Shown here piece by piece: positions 9,492 through 22,202 of a stretch of 36,417 bases of DNA. A program made the translations under genes and the position numbers. The notes beneath the pieces are model-generated. The model made no database searches and was not told the origin of the DNA. It worked only from the letters and a program-made list of their open reading frames with translations. The stretch comes from Vitrella brassicaformis CCMP3155 (lineage: Eukaryota > Protista > Chromerida): contig CDMY01000652.1 in assembly GCA_001179505.1 (NCBI GenBank), positions 1-36,417 on the forward strand, in the 5' to 3' direction. Each line of letters begins with the position of its first letter. Position 1 is the stretch's first letter.

Positions 9492-10013
9492 GGGATTTTG
9501 CGTGGATGTGTGCATGATTTGTGTGTGTGTGCGTGTGTGTGTGTGTAGATACAGCCAGGACGGACGGCAGATGGACGCCAGACAGGCAGTAGAGATTAGA
9601 CAGTTTGTCACCCATGGATGGATGGATGGATGGATGGCTGAGACGAGAATGGGACGGGGTGACACACGTAGCCAGCAAGCAACGTTATGCTGGCTGGCTG
9701 CCTCCATGGACGAACCAAAACGAACGAACGAACGATGAGTGAGGTCAGTAGTCAGGGCGTAGCTAGTGTTTCAATGAACGGGGAGACACACAGGCAAGAG
9801 GTAGGGAGGTATGTAGGTAGAGACAGATCCGCCGATCCGATCGACGCACGAACATGTGCATGGACAAATGGACAAATGGATGGATGGATGGATGGACACG
9901 GATACCTCAATGTGAGCCTCCAACGAGCAAGTTCCAGCTGTCATGAGAGCGAGAAGATACACCCAAATCCCCAACACACGACGCCTAAGCATCGATCTAA
10001 GTGTCGACATGAT

Positions 10014-13000
10014 CTAGTCGTCCTCCAGTCCCAGACCCAGCCCCTTCATCAGGTCCTGACGCGACGCCTGACCGCCCGTCAGATTGCCGCCCTCAACATT
10101 CAACTCAGACGACGAACCGAGGTCCTGTGTGTCGTGCGACATGAGCGCACACCCATGCATGCATAACACAAAGGCGTGTGTGTATGTCTCCCCGGCTCAC
10201 CTTGAGCACTCCGGCCTGTCGGTTGTCGATCAGACGCCCGACGCCCTCGGTGCTGAGGATCTCCTGCACGGACAGGGCAAGTGCGTGTGCACAACGTGAC
10301 AAGGAAGAGCCGTGTGTGGGTGTGGCGCGCTGGCTGACCTTCATGGTGTCTCGCTCTCTGACGTCTGGAGGCAACATCGACTCGAGCAACGCATCGCTTC
10401 TGCATGAGCGACACACGGACATATACAAACATGACAACCGACAGACACCTGCAGCGTGGATGCCCACTTTGTTGTGTCTCCAGGTCTGCTCTTCGGTTTG
10501 TCGTCCTGTCCTCCTTCCCCGAGTGCCAGTTCTGTGGCCTTGCGCTGCAGCGCCATGGCCGCCTTGCCCACACCGATGTCCTCCAAAAGCGCATCTGCAT
10601 GCACGCGTCAGTAAACCGGTGAATGAGGCAGACCAGAATGGTCTGTGTGTGTGTGTGTGTGTGACCGATGTTTGAGTCGAGCTGGCCGGTGTCTGGTTTG
10701 CGGCCACTCAGGTCTCCCTGCCACTGCACGTCCTCGAGGTCACACCGCTGAAGCAAATCCTGCACACACACACACACACACACAACCATCGCGCCCACCG
10801 TGACCATCGTGTCTTTCATGTCTCTCTTGGCGACGGTCCGTCACCTGCAGGGAGGCCACGTCGACCTGCTGCATGTCTTTCTTGACCATATCTTCTGGCT
10901 TGAGCTCGGCCGGCTGCACTGGGAGGAAAGGGGGAGGGGGCAGCCGGGGGCGCTTGCGCAGAAACGACCACACCGACCGCCTGGGAAAAGGGATACGCAC
11001 ACACATTTCATTCATGCGCTTTGTGTGCGTGTGCCATGGTATGTGCCATGTCTCTACCTGACGAGCTGGCATTGGTCCTCTGCGCAGTTGGGCGGGGGCG
11101 CGGTCAGGCTTAGGAGACTCAGCAGGGCCGTCATGAAACGACCATCTCTCATAAATGGCTCGAGCTTCGGCACACGGACGAGCTGCAGCGTCAGAGCCAA
11201 TGCGGGATACGGCAGGTGACGCGCGAAGGGCAGCACCGCAGCAAGAAACGCCTCCACCTCTTCATGCCACGGCATCTTCACCTCCGGCATCTTGTCGCTC
11301 CCACGGCTGGACGCCCGGCTCAGGCCGCTCTGCGGCGTCCCCAGCATCACCTTCCGCTCCCTGGAAGCAGGCTGCTGCAGGAAAGCCGACACCAAAGCAG
11401 AGGAGGAGTCCTGGGCTTTGGGTGACGGGAGTCGGGTGATGGGTGGTGCCACTGGTCCGAGGAGGGGGGCGTCCAGCTGCTGACGGCTGGCAGACTTGGC
11501 TTTGGGGCCGAGGGAGGGGCGCTTGGGTTTGTGAGGGGGAGGGGGGAGGGGCGGTGGAGGGAGGGTGCCTTGGGGGTCGGAGAGTGCGACGTATGCCACG
11601 AAGATGGTGACTGTGAGGAGGGATGCGGCCTTTTGGCGGATGAGGACGGGGATGATGTGGCTGAACGACTTGAACATGCCCTTGGTCAGCAACACCTGCA
11701 GACATGCACACACAGACCCATTGATCAATCAATGTGTGTTGTGTTGTGTGGATGAGTGTGGCGTTCGTTCCACACACTTGTTTCATGGAGGGTGAGTTGG
11801 ACACCCACGTGGAGACAGTCAGCACAATCACATGCAGCACCTGCAACATGACAGACATGCACCCCTCTCCCATGAGACAGACATCTTTCACCCCCCGATC
11901 TCTTCCCTCTTGTCTCACCGGCTGGTCGAACAGCCACTCCAGCGCACAGGCAGCAATCCTCCCACGTTCACTCTCCCCCAGCCCGCCGTACACATCTGCA
12001 CTCTCACTCTCCTCACCACCGAACGCCACGCTCTTTCTCTTGGCCAACCCTCCCCCGAGCACCACACCCTTCCCACCCATCCCGCCCCCCTGCACCTTCG
12101 ACAGCTCAGCCGCTACCGCAATCTCGTTGTACGCCGCCGGCCAGTGGTGTGCGATGGATATGTGCGTCTTGAGGAGCAGGGCGACCAGGGGCGGCCGTGT
12201 GGTGTCGACCTCCATGATTTGGCACGACAGGCGGCAGAAGAGGCGGAATGGTGCGGGGGCCACCAGCACCCGGAGGAAAGGGCTGCTGCGCTGGCAGGAG
12301 AGCAGGAAGACCTGCAGGACTCGGATGGTCTCTGCCGCAGAGATGGAGGCCCGCATGGTCGTTGAGGCGGGTGTCGCGGCGCCGCTTCCACCCTCGGTTG
12401 CGTGTGCTGCTCTGGGTGAGAGGTGCTGTGTGCGGGGGCCGGTTCCGAGGGCGTGTGACATGCTGACGGAGAGTGGGGTGCCGGTTGGGGGGCGACGGAC
12501 GCCCCGCTGGGCGGGGCGGTACATGACGACACGCTTGAGAATGGCCTGATGGATGGATGTACACACATGAACGGAGAGAGGTGAGGAGATGAGATGGATG
12601 GGTGGCTGCACACGCGCACCAGGACGAGCAGGCGGTCTGGGGGTAGGGGAAGGCTCTCGCGCCAGAGAGACCGCAGACACACCTGAGACAGACACAGAGG
12701 AGCAACGCAACGCGCTAAAGAGATAGGGTCTCATATACCTTTATCCGTACCGTACCCGTAGTGCGTGCGCCCAATGTGTGGTCAACATGAAACACCCATG
12801 TCTGCACGAGACAACGTCACACACTAACACAGCTACACCTGCCCTGCCCTTCACTTTTTTCTCGCCACACCTTCTGAGAAAGGCCGATGTCTTGTCCCCA
12901 ATGCGCGGCGACGTCACCAGGACGAAGCGCCGTTGCGTGGTGGTGGCAGCGTCTTCATCCTCCTCGTCGCCCTCCGCCCCCCCGGTGGCCTTGCTGCCCG

Positions 13001-16000
13001 AGGCAGACCCACCAGAGACTTCACCAGATGGCGCCTCGCTGCGGGGGCTGACAGCCTGACTCCTGGCAGCGCTTTGGCTGGTGTCCAGTCTGACCTTGGT
13101 CTTCTCGAGACGCGCCACGGCTTCAAGGGTGGCCTCTCTTGTTGGCAGGTCTTGTGCTGTGTCCTCCTGCTGACCCGCCTCTGGAAAAGGAGAATGGACG
13201 AACGGTCGATTGTGTTGTGTGTGTTGTGTGTGTTGTGTGTGTGTGTGTGCACCCACCGGTGACGGGAGTCTTGACGCCCCTGAAGGCTTCAGACTCGATG
13301 TGCATCGGCCGCAACGACTCGTCATCCGCCGTGCTCTCAGGGATCGGCACGGCGGGAGACCTCGGAGACGCCGTCTGGAATGGTTGGAGGCCACCACACA
13401 CACACACACACACACACGTCTCCTCACTTTCTCACACGGTGCTATCGGCTCACCTTTCCGGTTGCCTGCATCATGCCCAGCTCATTGGCTGTCTTGGTCA
13501 GCATCTCGTCAAAGACGCGATAGTCGGCAGTCGGGGAGTCTTTGGCCTGCGGCCGCCCCTTGCTGCTGTCCTTGCTGGCCTGCAGCTTGGTCTGAGGGGT
13601 TCCCTTGGGGGTCTTGGTGCGCATCTCCTTCATCTCTTTGGGGATGGGGGGCTTGTCCAGCACCAACAGACACTGCAACCAACAAGTCCGTCCATCCATC
13701 CACACACGGTAGGTGAGACATGGGATACCTACCTGTGCGAGATCTTTAAGTAGGTTGATCAGCTTGAGTTCCATCTCGAGTGTCAGCTCGGGCGACAAAC
13801 CAACCCACACGCCGCCACCAGCAGCAGTCGGGGCAGGCTGCCCTCCCACTCCAAGCGATGGGATTGCTACCTGGGGCGGCGCACTTGATGGCGCTGTAGG
13901 CAAAGGATGGATCGTCTCTATGTCTGTCTCCATTTGGCATGGATGCGTACCTCCTGGCGGCCCGTCGAGTGTGGCCCTGAACTCCAGCTCCTCCTCAGAT
14001 GACGCTGCGTCGCGATCTGACAGACACACACAAAAAAGTGCTGGGGGTGTGATGGCCAGTTAGTGTGTCTGTCTGTCTACCTGCGAGTCCTGCAGGTGGT
14101 CGTCTGGGGCTGCCTGTGTCTGCCGATGCTGCCTGCTGCATCTTCTTGTGTGCCACACGCGCCTGCGTCTTAAGCACTACAGGCACACACACGCACATCA
14201 CATCATCAGGGGAGATGGGATGAGCATTTCTCTCCCCCTCACGTCTCATCTGGTCGAGAGATGTGACTTCGAATGTTCCTGAGGGATGGAGAGAGACAGA
14301 CGGAATTGCACACTCGCCGGAGTGAGTGTTGCTTCCTCACCTCCGTTGTGTCCCAGCCAGTCCAGAAGACGCTCAAAGGTCTGAGTGCGACACAAACAAA
14401 CAGAGGTGTACATGTGTCCACCCTCCATATGTTTGCCCTGCTCTGCCTTGGGTGGTGTCTTTGCCTGGCTGACCACGCAGAGCAATGAGTCGAGGTCTTT
14501 AGGGAATGCGTATCTCGATGGCGGTATGTCTTGGTACAGGAAACACAGAAAGACATACAGCAAGCTGCAGTAGGGCAGGTTGTCGTACTCGAGACGCAAC
14601 CCCTGCGCACAGAGGCACACAGAGGCACGTGTGGTGTGCATACCATATCTGCCGTGTGTCTGTCTGGTCAGGTCAGTCTAGCCTGCCTGCCTGCAATGTG
14701 CGGAGGAAGGTCTCCAGCACTTGCTGCGCCAGGCTCTCCGGGTATTGTGCCGCGAAACGGCGACACACACGGAGGAGAGAGGGCAGCAGAGCCGACTCCA
14801 TCAATCCACGCTTCGTCGTCGCCACGCTGAGCATAAGAGATAGATACCCCGAATTTTCGTTCAGCTATTGTTTGTGCGTAGATGGAAGTGGTGACTGACT
14901 GACGTTTTGAGCACTTCCTTCAGTATTGGCCTCGCTTGGAAGCTGGCCAGGGGCACCACCTCCAGCAGACAGCACTGGACGCACAGCAACAAACTGTCCT
15001 CAAGCAGAGAGAGACACGTGCCGTCTTCCACAAATACCAACCAGGTCTGCTTGCATGGGCTTGATTTGGAAGTACTGGCGGAAGCACATCTCCACCACGC
15101 TGCATCCGCCCAGCGGAAAACACACACACGCGCACATCGTTCATGTGTGAATGCATTGAGTGTACGCACCCTCCTGCCTGCGACACACTGTCTTCGTTGA
15201 TGTAGACCGACAGGAAGCCCGCTGCCTGGATGAATCGATGAGAGACAGGTACATTCACACGCAGAGAGACAACTGTCGTCGCAACTGACCATTGCGATAG
15301 CGGCCCTGACGCACTCGAAGTCCTTGGCCATGGCGGCTGTGGTGCAGATGGCCGGCAGGGACACGTCAACCAGCGCAAGAATGTCGCGCAAGTGCTGCAT
15401 GGTGCACAGAACATCGCAGAAGTCACCATGTCTCGCTGCGGTCGGGTTGAGGTGCTCACTTCCTGCAGCCTTGGTTCGCACGTGGCCACCCTCCTCCAAG
15501 CCCTGCACAGCTGACGGCAGGCCAAGGCACGCACCTGGGGAGGCGGCAGCTGGTTGGTCTCCACAGGGGCCTTCCAGATGCCAAGACCAGACACCATCGC
15601 GTGCAACACCCTGAGATGGAAGAATCCGAGGGCATGGATACTCGCCTCAGAAAAGGCATCGGTGAATGAATGTGCTGGCTGGCTCACTTGTAGAAATTGT
15701 CAACTAGCGCCAGCACAGGGTGCTGCGGCGCCTTGGTTGTCGGAGGGGTCTCTGCAAATGAAAGAGGCAACCTGGAATCGTGCCCTTGCTCGCGAGTGGC
15801 CCAGGTATGTGTGTCTGTTCGCACCGTGGCAGACACTGAGGAGGTGCTGCGATGCCAAGGCACTGACCATGTTGAACAGCTGCACATACTGATCTGTATG
15901 TGTTGGGTGCGGACATAGACAGATAGACAGATGGATAGGTTGAGAGAAGAGATTGGAGGAAGACCAGTCAGTCAACTTACCAACAGTGGCCTCCCTCCTC

Positions 16001-17069
16001 TCCATGAGTGTGGCCAGCACCTCAACATTCGATGGCTCAACAACCATCGCCCTGACATACAAATGGCCATCCAAACAACGCCCAGGTGTCTCGTGCATCG
16101 ATCGCACCTTGCGAGTATGTTGTTGGTGAGGAGGTTGGCCACCACGTGGCAAACGATCGTCAGGGACGCGTTGCTCGCTCCCGTCTTCTCGGCCGCCAAA
16201 TGTCGCTGTTCACGAGGAGAGGCCAGCCGTCAGCCAGCTGGTGCTTCTGTGGTCGACTAGGCGATTGATTCGCTTACCATGACAGCCGAGGTGCCTTCGA
16301 AGGGATTTGTCCGCGAGAAGTTTGACGCAGGATCAGAATACACATTGGCTGCATTGCATTGATCGATCAAAATGCAATATGTCTCACGTTAGTTGCCAGA
16401 CACACCTAGACAGCCCCCCTTCCGCTCTCCTCTCCTTCCCCACCTGTGTGTGTGATTGTTTTATCGTCTCGTGTGAGGACAGCCAGGAAGTTGAGCCAGT
16501 AGATGAGCAAATCCTCCAACACCTCACTCTCCTTGGTACCGCCGGTAGGCGCAAACAGACGACCTGATGGTAAGACACGACCACACACAGAAATGCCGGC
16601 AATGCATTCACAAGGCAGGCAGGCGGCGTGAGAGCTGACCGACTCCCCCCTTGTCTGAGAGGCAGCGGGCCAGCTCCCCCAGGTGAGAAAGACCGACAAG
16701 CACAAAGTTGAACCGCGTCCTGCAGACAGCATGGTGACCATGGGAAGGCATTCGTCAGTGCAAAAGGCCTGCCTGTGCCATACCACACTCCCCTCACCGC
16801 CCATCCGCTTACCCAAGCTCCTCTCTGCTGGTTTGGTTGTCTTCGAAGGTGATGAGTATCTTGAGGATGAGCAGCTGCCGCAGCCATTCGCTGCCTATGA
16901 GGAACTGCCGCGCCAGGATGGGGAACAGCCCGACATTCTGCGCGACGGCCCTGTCTTGAGGACTCTGCACGGCCTCCAGGACGCGTGTCAGACACCTGTC
17001 CAGCTCGTAGCCCTCACGCAGTGTCAGCTCCCGGAGGAGATAGCGCATCTGCTGCACCGCCTTCGCCAT
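10014..17069 (-). CDS. Very large multi-exon protein of unknown function, probably an alpha-solenoid (ARM/HEAT-like) with disordered inserts
   Basis: Starts MAKAVQQMRYLLRELTLREGYELDRCLTRVLEAV. Many Leu-rich amphipathic exons separated by GT-AG introns, e.g. EVLEDLLIYWLNFLAVL, LELKLINLLKDLAQ-like LEMELKLINLLKDLAQ, AETIRVLQVFLLSC, EVEAFLAAVLPFARHLPYPALALTLQLV. The last exon is probably ...QDLMKGLGLGLEDD-TAG (10016-10014). Only some junctions were phase-checked, and no family was recognised. Confidence 0.7.
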
Positions 17070-17160
17070 TTCTCTTCCCCTTTACCTCTGCCAGTGCGCG
17101 CTTAGCTTGCCCGCCTCGTGGGGGCGGCAGACCGCGCCCCCAGTCATCGTCGCGAACAGG

Positions 17161-20100
17161 ATGGCAGGCATTGACATGGAGCGACGGAAGACTACAGCAG
17201 GGTCTGAGATCCAGGTGATGCTCAGATTCCGGCCGCCTGACGACCCCTTGTCGTTCGAGCGGCTGTTCAAGATCAGCCCAGAGGACCGCAACTCGGTGTC
17301 CATAGTGGACCCCGCACACCCCAGCCCAGTGCGGAAGGAGGCCAGGTGCCAATATACATTCAATAAAGTCTTCTTGCCCCAAGCCAACCAGGTGCAAGGA
17401 GATCACGCGGGTGCGCTGCATGCGTGATGCTTTGTGGATGTGCATTGTGTGGATGTGCATGCAGCATGAGGTCTTTGTGGATGTGGCAAAGCCGCTTGTC
17501 GACCACATGCTCAGTAGGCCCAGCCACAAAGAGAGACAGGGCAAGAGACGGCGTCTCATCGATGGTTGTTGAACTTCCTTGTGTGCAGGTGGTTTCAACA
17601 GCTGCTGCTTCGCTTACGGGCAGACGGGAGGCGGCAAGACCTACTCGATATTTGGGGAGGGCAACGGGGAGCGGCGGGGCATCCTCCCCAGGGCAATCGA
17701 GTACCTCTTTGAAAGGCTCGAAAAGAAAGCCAGACAACAGGCATATGAAACATAGGGAGGGCGGGCCGATCAAAACAAACACTGTGTCTCTGTTTGTCGT
17801 TCATCTTAATTCTATCAGGAGCTGGGAATGGTGGTGAGTTTCTTGGAAATCTACTTGGACCAAGTGCGAGATCTGGGGCGGGCCTACCTCCACAAAAAGG
17901 AGACAGAGGAAGCCCCTGCCTCTCAACGTGCATCAATCGGTGGCGCCAAGTCCCGGCCCAAGACACCCCAGTCAGCCCCCTGGCGCAATACATCGCTCAC
18001 CGAGTCGTCCATGCGACGCGCCACAGTAGCAGCTCCACCCCCAACCACAACTCCTGACGACACCGCGCTGAGTACTGGCCGTCCCCGGATGTCCGAGGCT
18101 GCCGTGATGGATGCGGGAGGTGCTCGTGACTTCTTCGATGGGTATGAGACGCAGAACTTGACGATCCATGAGTCGCCGTCTGGCCAAGTGTATGTCAAGG
18201 GGCTCAATCTCATACCTGTCAGGAACATCGCACAGGTGTGTGGTGTGGTGTGGTGTCTTTCGGCCGGTGTATTTATTGCTTATTCGTTCGTGGACGTGTG
18301 TGTCGGTCAGGTGCTGGACATCGTCAACTGCGGTGTTCAGATGCGCGCCACGTACGAGACGCGGCTGAATGCCAACTCGTCCCGATCACACACCATATTC
18401 GCCATCAACGTGGTGCAGAGAGACCAACGGTACGCACACAGTCGGTTGATTGACACATGTTTCATACATCGGCCGGTCCATTATTATATCAGCAACCCCG
18501 ACCGAGATGTCTTGAGTGGGACCATGAATCTGGTCGACCTCGCGGGATCTGAGAGAATCGCAAAAAGCAAGTCAGCCACCTCCAACGTCGCAATAGACGG
18601 TAATTCCCGTCACTTCGTGTGGATGATTGTGTGTCTGTCTGTCAGGTCGGAGGGTCGGCGTTTCCAGGAGGCGGTCATCATCAACACCTCACTCAGCGCA
18701 CTCGGCAAAGTCGTCCTCGCACTCGCACAGGTAGATCGATCTCAAAGCCATAGACACAGACACACAGACACACACCCAGACAGTGTGTCTGTGTGGTGTG
18801 GTCGGCTGCAGGACTCCCGCACGGCTCGGCACATCCCGTATCGTGATTCGAAGCTGACGCGCATCCTACAGAACAGCCTGGGCGGCAACTCATACACATC
18901 GCTCCTCACATGCCTCTACCCAATCGAAGACAACTACGAGGCACGCACCCATAGCAACACCCCCACCATACAGTGCACGGCAGCCTCTCGTGTCTCTCTG
19001 TGCTGTCTGTCTACAGGAGTGTCTGAATTCCTTGGCTTTTGCGGACCGCTGCAAGAACATCCGAAACAGGCCCACCGTCAACTATGTCGACCAGCAGCAG
19101 TCGGCCCAGGAGCGGCAGGTCAGGGAACTCACCGAGCAGATCGAATCGCTCAAGAACGCGCTACAACAAAACAAGCATGCCATCAGGCAGGTCAATACAC
19201 ACAACACAACACAACCCCTCTCCTCCCTCAACAACACACCCATGTCCGTGTCTCCCACACACACTCAGGGTGTATTGGACCTGCCGCCATCTCGCTTCGA
19301 GGGCCTGTACACGGCCCTTATGTCTCGGAGCGACCTGGACGACACCGAGCCGCCCCCTGACGACATTGAGCCACCGCGTGAGAAGCGGAAAGAGGTGCTG
19401 GAGGGAGCCCTGGGGCCAAGCCCGACCTTGGCGGCATACGAGACTTTGCCGGCTGAGGGCAAGCACGCCCTGCAGAAGGACTTCCTGAGGAGCAGGAACG
19501 TCCGCAGCCTCCTCAGCTTCCTGCATTCAAATGCCATCAGAGACATACACAAGGAGACAGGTGCGCACTAGGGAGGAGCATATGGAGAGAGCAGACACAG
19601 CCAGGCGTGTGTGCTGTGTTGTGTTGTGTTGTGTTGTGTTGTGTTGTGTTGTGTCGACAGAGAGGTGTCGTGTAGCTGACCAGAAAGCTGAGGAGCTTAA
19701 CGAGATGGTTGAGAGGCTCGCACAGGAGCACCACGACAAGGTGTCTGAGATGCGTACCAGGCTGGTGGGCCATGAGGGCGAAAAGAAGAGTTTGCGGCAG
19801 CGGGTGGCGAGCCAGGTGATGCAGCACGAGCGTGAGCTGAGACACATGCAGGAGACCGTCGACAGCAACATACAACGCACACTAAAACACACACAAAGGT
19901 ACCTACCTGCTTCAGAAACAGGGGCATGGATGGATGGATGAATGTGTGTGTGTGCAGGCACCTGACGATTGCGGGAGGGCAGGAGGACAGCCTGCGTGCA
20001 TGCCTCAGGGAGTGCCTGCACATGGCCAAAGAGTGAGTGAGAGCCAGAGAGAGGAGATCGACACCACAAGACACACACACAACACATGTATGTATCTATG

Positions 20101-21666
20101 TTTGTGTGCGCGAACCTGACACACAGAGAGGGAGAGGCCGTCCGCGGCACACTTGAGGCCCACGATGAGGACATGATGGCCACCAAGCTCAACCGACTCA
20201 CTCACCATAACAAAGACATGCAAGCTATGAGGCAAGTACACAGCATCCGGGAGACACATCCATCTGTCCACGCACCATTGTCATTGTCTGTCTCCACAGA
20301 GATGAGTGTGAGGCTTTGCTGGAGAGCCGCAAGAAGGAGGTCGAATCGTTTGTGAGCGACGTGGCCGCATACGAGGAGAGGAAGGACGGCGAGCTGCGGG
20401 CGGGCCGGGAGCATCTGCTGCATCTGCTGGAGGGCTGCAACCACCTGTGCCGCCTCATCCAGGACTGCGAAGCCGGCGTCTACCCCGTCTCTGTCAAGGT
20501 GAGTGAGTGCAGCGCAAGGGCAGCCATGGCGATGTATGTTGTGTGTCATGTGAACTCTTCGTGTCAGCGAGGAGTGCGTTCGTACGTCATTCCGGCATCT
20601 CACAAGCCTCAGTGGCTCATTGCCCAACTCACGCAGCCACAGCCGCCACTCGACACACAATATGTCCCCAGCCCGCCGCCCAGCACACAGCAGATGCCAC
20701 CCACCACTGCCCAGCCACTCAAAAGAGTCAGCCATGCACTGTTCGGTGAACAATGGCTGAACGGATCGATGGCTGTCTGTGTGTCTTCCCGTGTGCGCAG
20801 ATGGGCACGGATGAGTTTTTCGAGGGCGTCGAGTCGACTGCGGCAGTGCCGTCAGCCGCCACCATCAGGAAGGTCCCCTCCCTCCGGCAACTATCGAGCT
20901 TCTGCCGATCGGCGTCGAAGACACTCGACAAGACAGCATACCAGGAGGCCGAGGGGCCGGAGGCTGAAGAAGATGATGAGATGTGGGACAGCTACAATCC
21001 GGAGGATGTCTCGCCGACCACAGTCGCTGAGACAAGCGCAGACGGGGCTGCAGATGCATCGCCTGTAGAGCAGCAGCAGCCGGAGTGGAATGCGCAGAGC
21101 TTCCTCGACACACATGTGGTCAACCCACCTCCCGCGACGCGTGTAGACCTGGCTGACAGCGGGTGGGAGCGGACACTCAGGCGCATGTCTGTTGACCAAC
21201 TGAGGGAGGCCGCTGTGGTACGCTACGCGGTCAATCCTCTACGCAGTGACAGAGGAGACACGATGTCAGCGGTGTGTGTATTGTGTGTATTGTGTCAGAA
21301 ACTGTGGGAGTTGGTCGAGCAGCAGGCGGCGAGTGGCCCGCTGGACCGCACTGAGAGGAGGAAATCACTCGTGGAAGACCAGCTCACCAGCAAGGTGAGA
21401 CAAGCTGACTGACATGAGCCGATATACCAATGTCTGTCGCCGTACACTGTGGGTGTATCAATCAGGAGACGCAGGCGTACATCAGGCGACTGGAACAAGA
21501 GCGAGATGCGGAAAAGATGGCCATGGAGGTCAGTGAAGGAGAGGAGCCAGCTGGGCGGGCTGTATGTGTGTGTGTGTGTCGGTGAGTTGACCTTGTTCAG
21601 GTCGAGCGTCGTCGCGGGGCTGAGCTGCGGTCTGCTCTCGAGGCCATCAGACCCTTCACACAGTGA
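17161..21666 (+). CDS. N-terminal-motor kinesin with a coiled-coil tail
   Basis: Motor motifs across spliced exons: IQVMLRFRP, YTFNKVF, FAYGQTGGGKTYS (P-loop), SFLEIY, NANSSRSHTIF (switch I), LVDLAGSER (switch II), INTSLSALGKVV, HIPYRDSKLTRILQNSLGGN, LNSLAFADRCKNI. Heptad-rich tail follows. Stop TGA at 21664-21666. Confidence 0.95.
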
Positions 21667-21769
21667 TCCGTGTGATGCATTCATTCAATTCACCGTTTCC
21701 ATGTGGGCAGAGGCCAGCATGCACCTATCCATGGTCTCTGTGTATGTCCCCGTGCATCCGTGTAGTACT

Positions 21770-21801
<32 letters not shown>

Positions 21802-22202
21802 ACTATACATGCAACATACTCCTAGCGCTCTCGATGGACAGACAGCACCCCGCAGGTCAACCCATCCTCCATCCATCCATCAATGCTAACGAAGACGTCT
21901 GTCTGCCTCTCTGTCTGTCTGTCTGTCTGTCTGTTGGTTGCGTACTGGGGAGGGAAAAATGCGTCAGGCATTGATTGATTCATTCATTCATCCAATTGAT
22001 GCATCAGCCACACCCAAGAGAGACGGACAGACAGGTCAGTGTCGGCTAATCTACGCGAAGGCCGCAACCAACACCTGACAACAGACAACGAAAGAAGGAA
22101 CATGTCGGGGGGAGGGAGGGAGAGAGTTCAATCGCCTTCCTTTCTTCTCGTGAGGGATCGGATCTGACCTGTGGGTTCGTTCGTGTGGTGGGTGTCAGTC
22201 AG

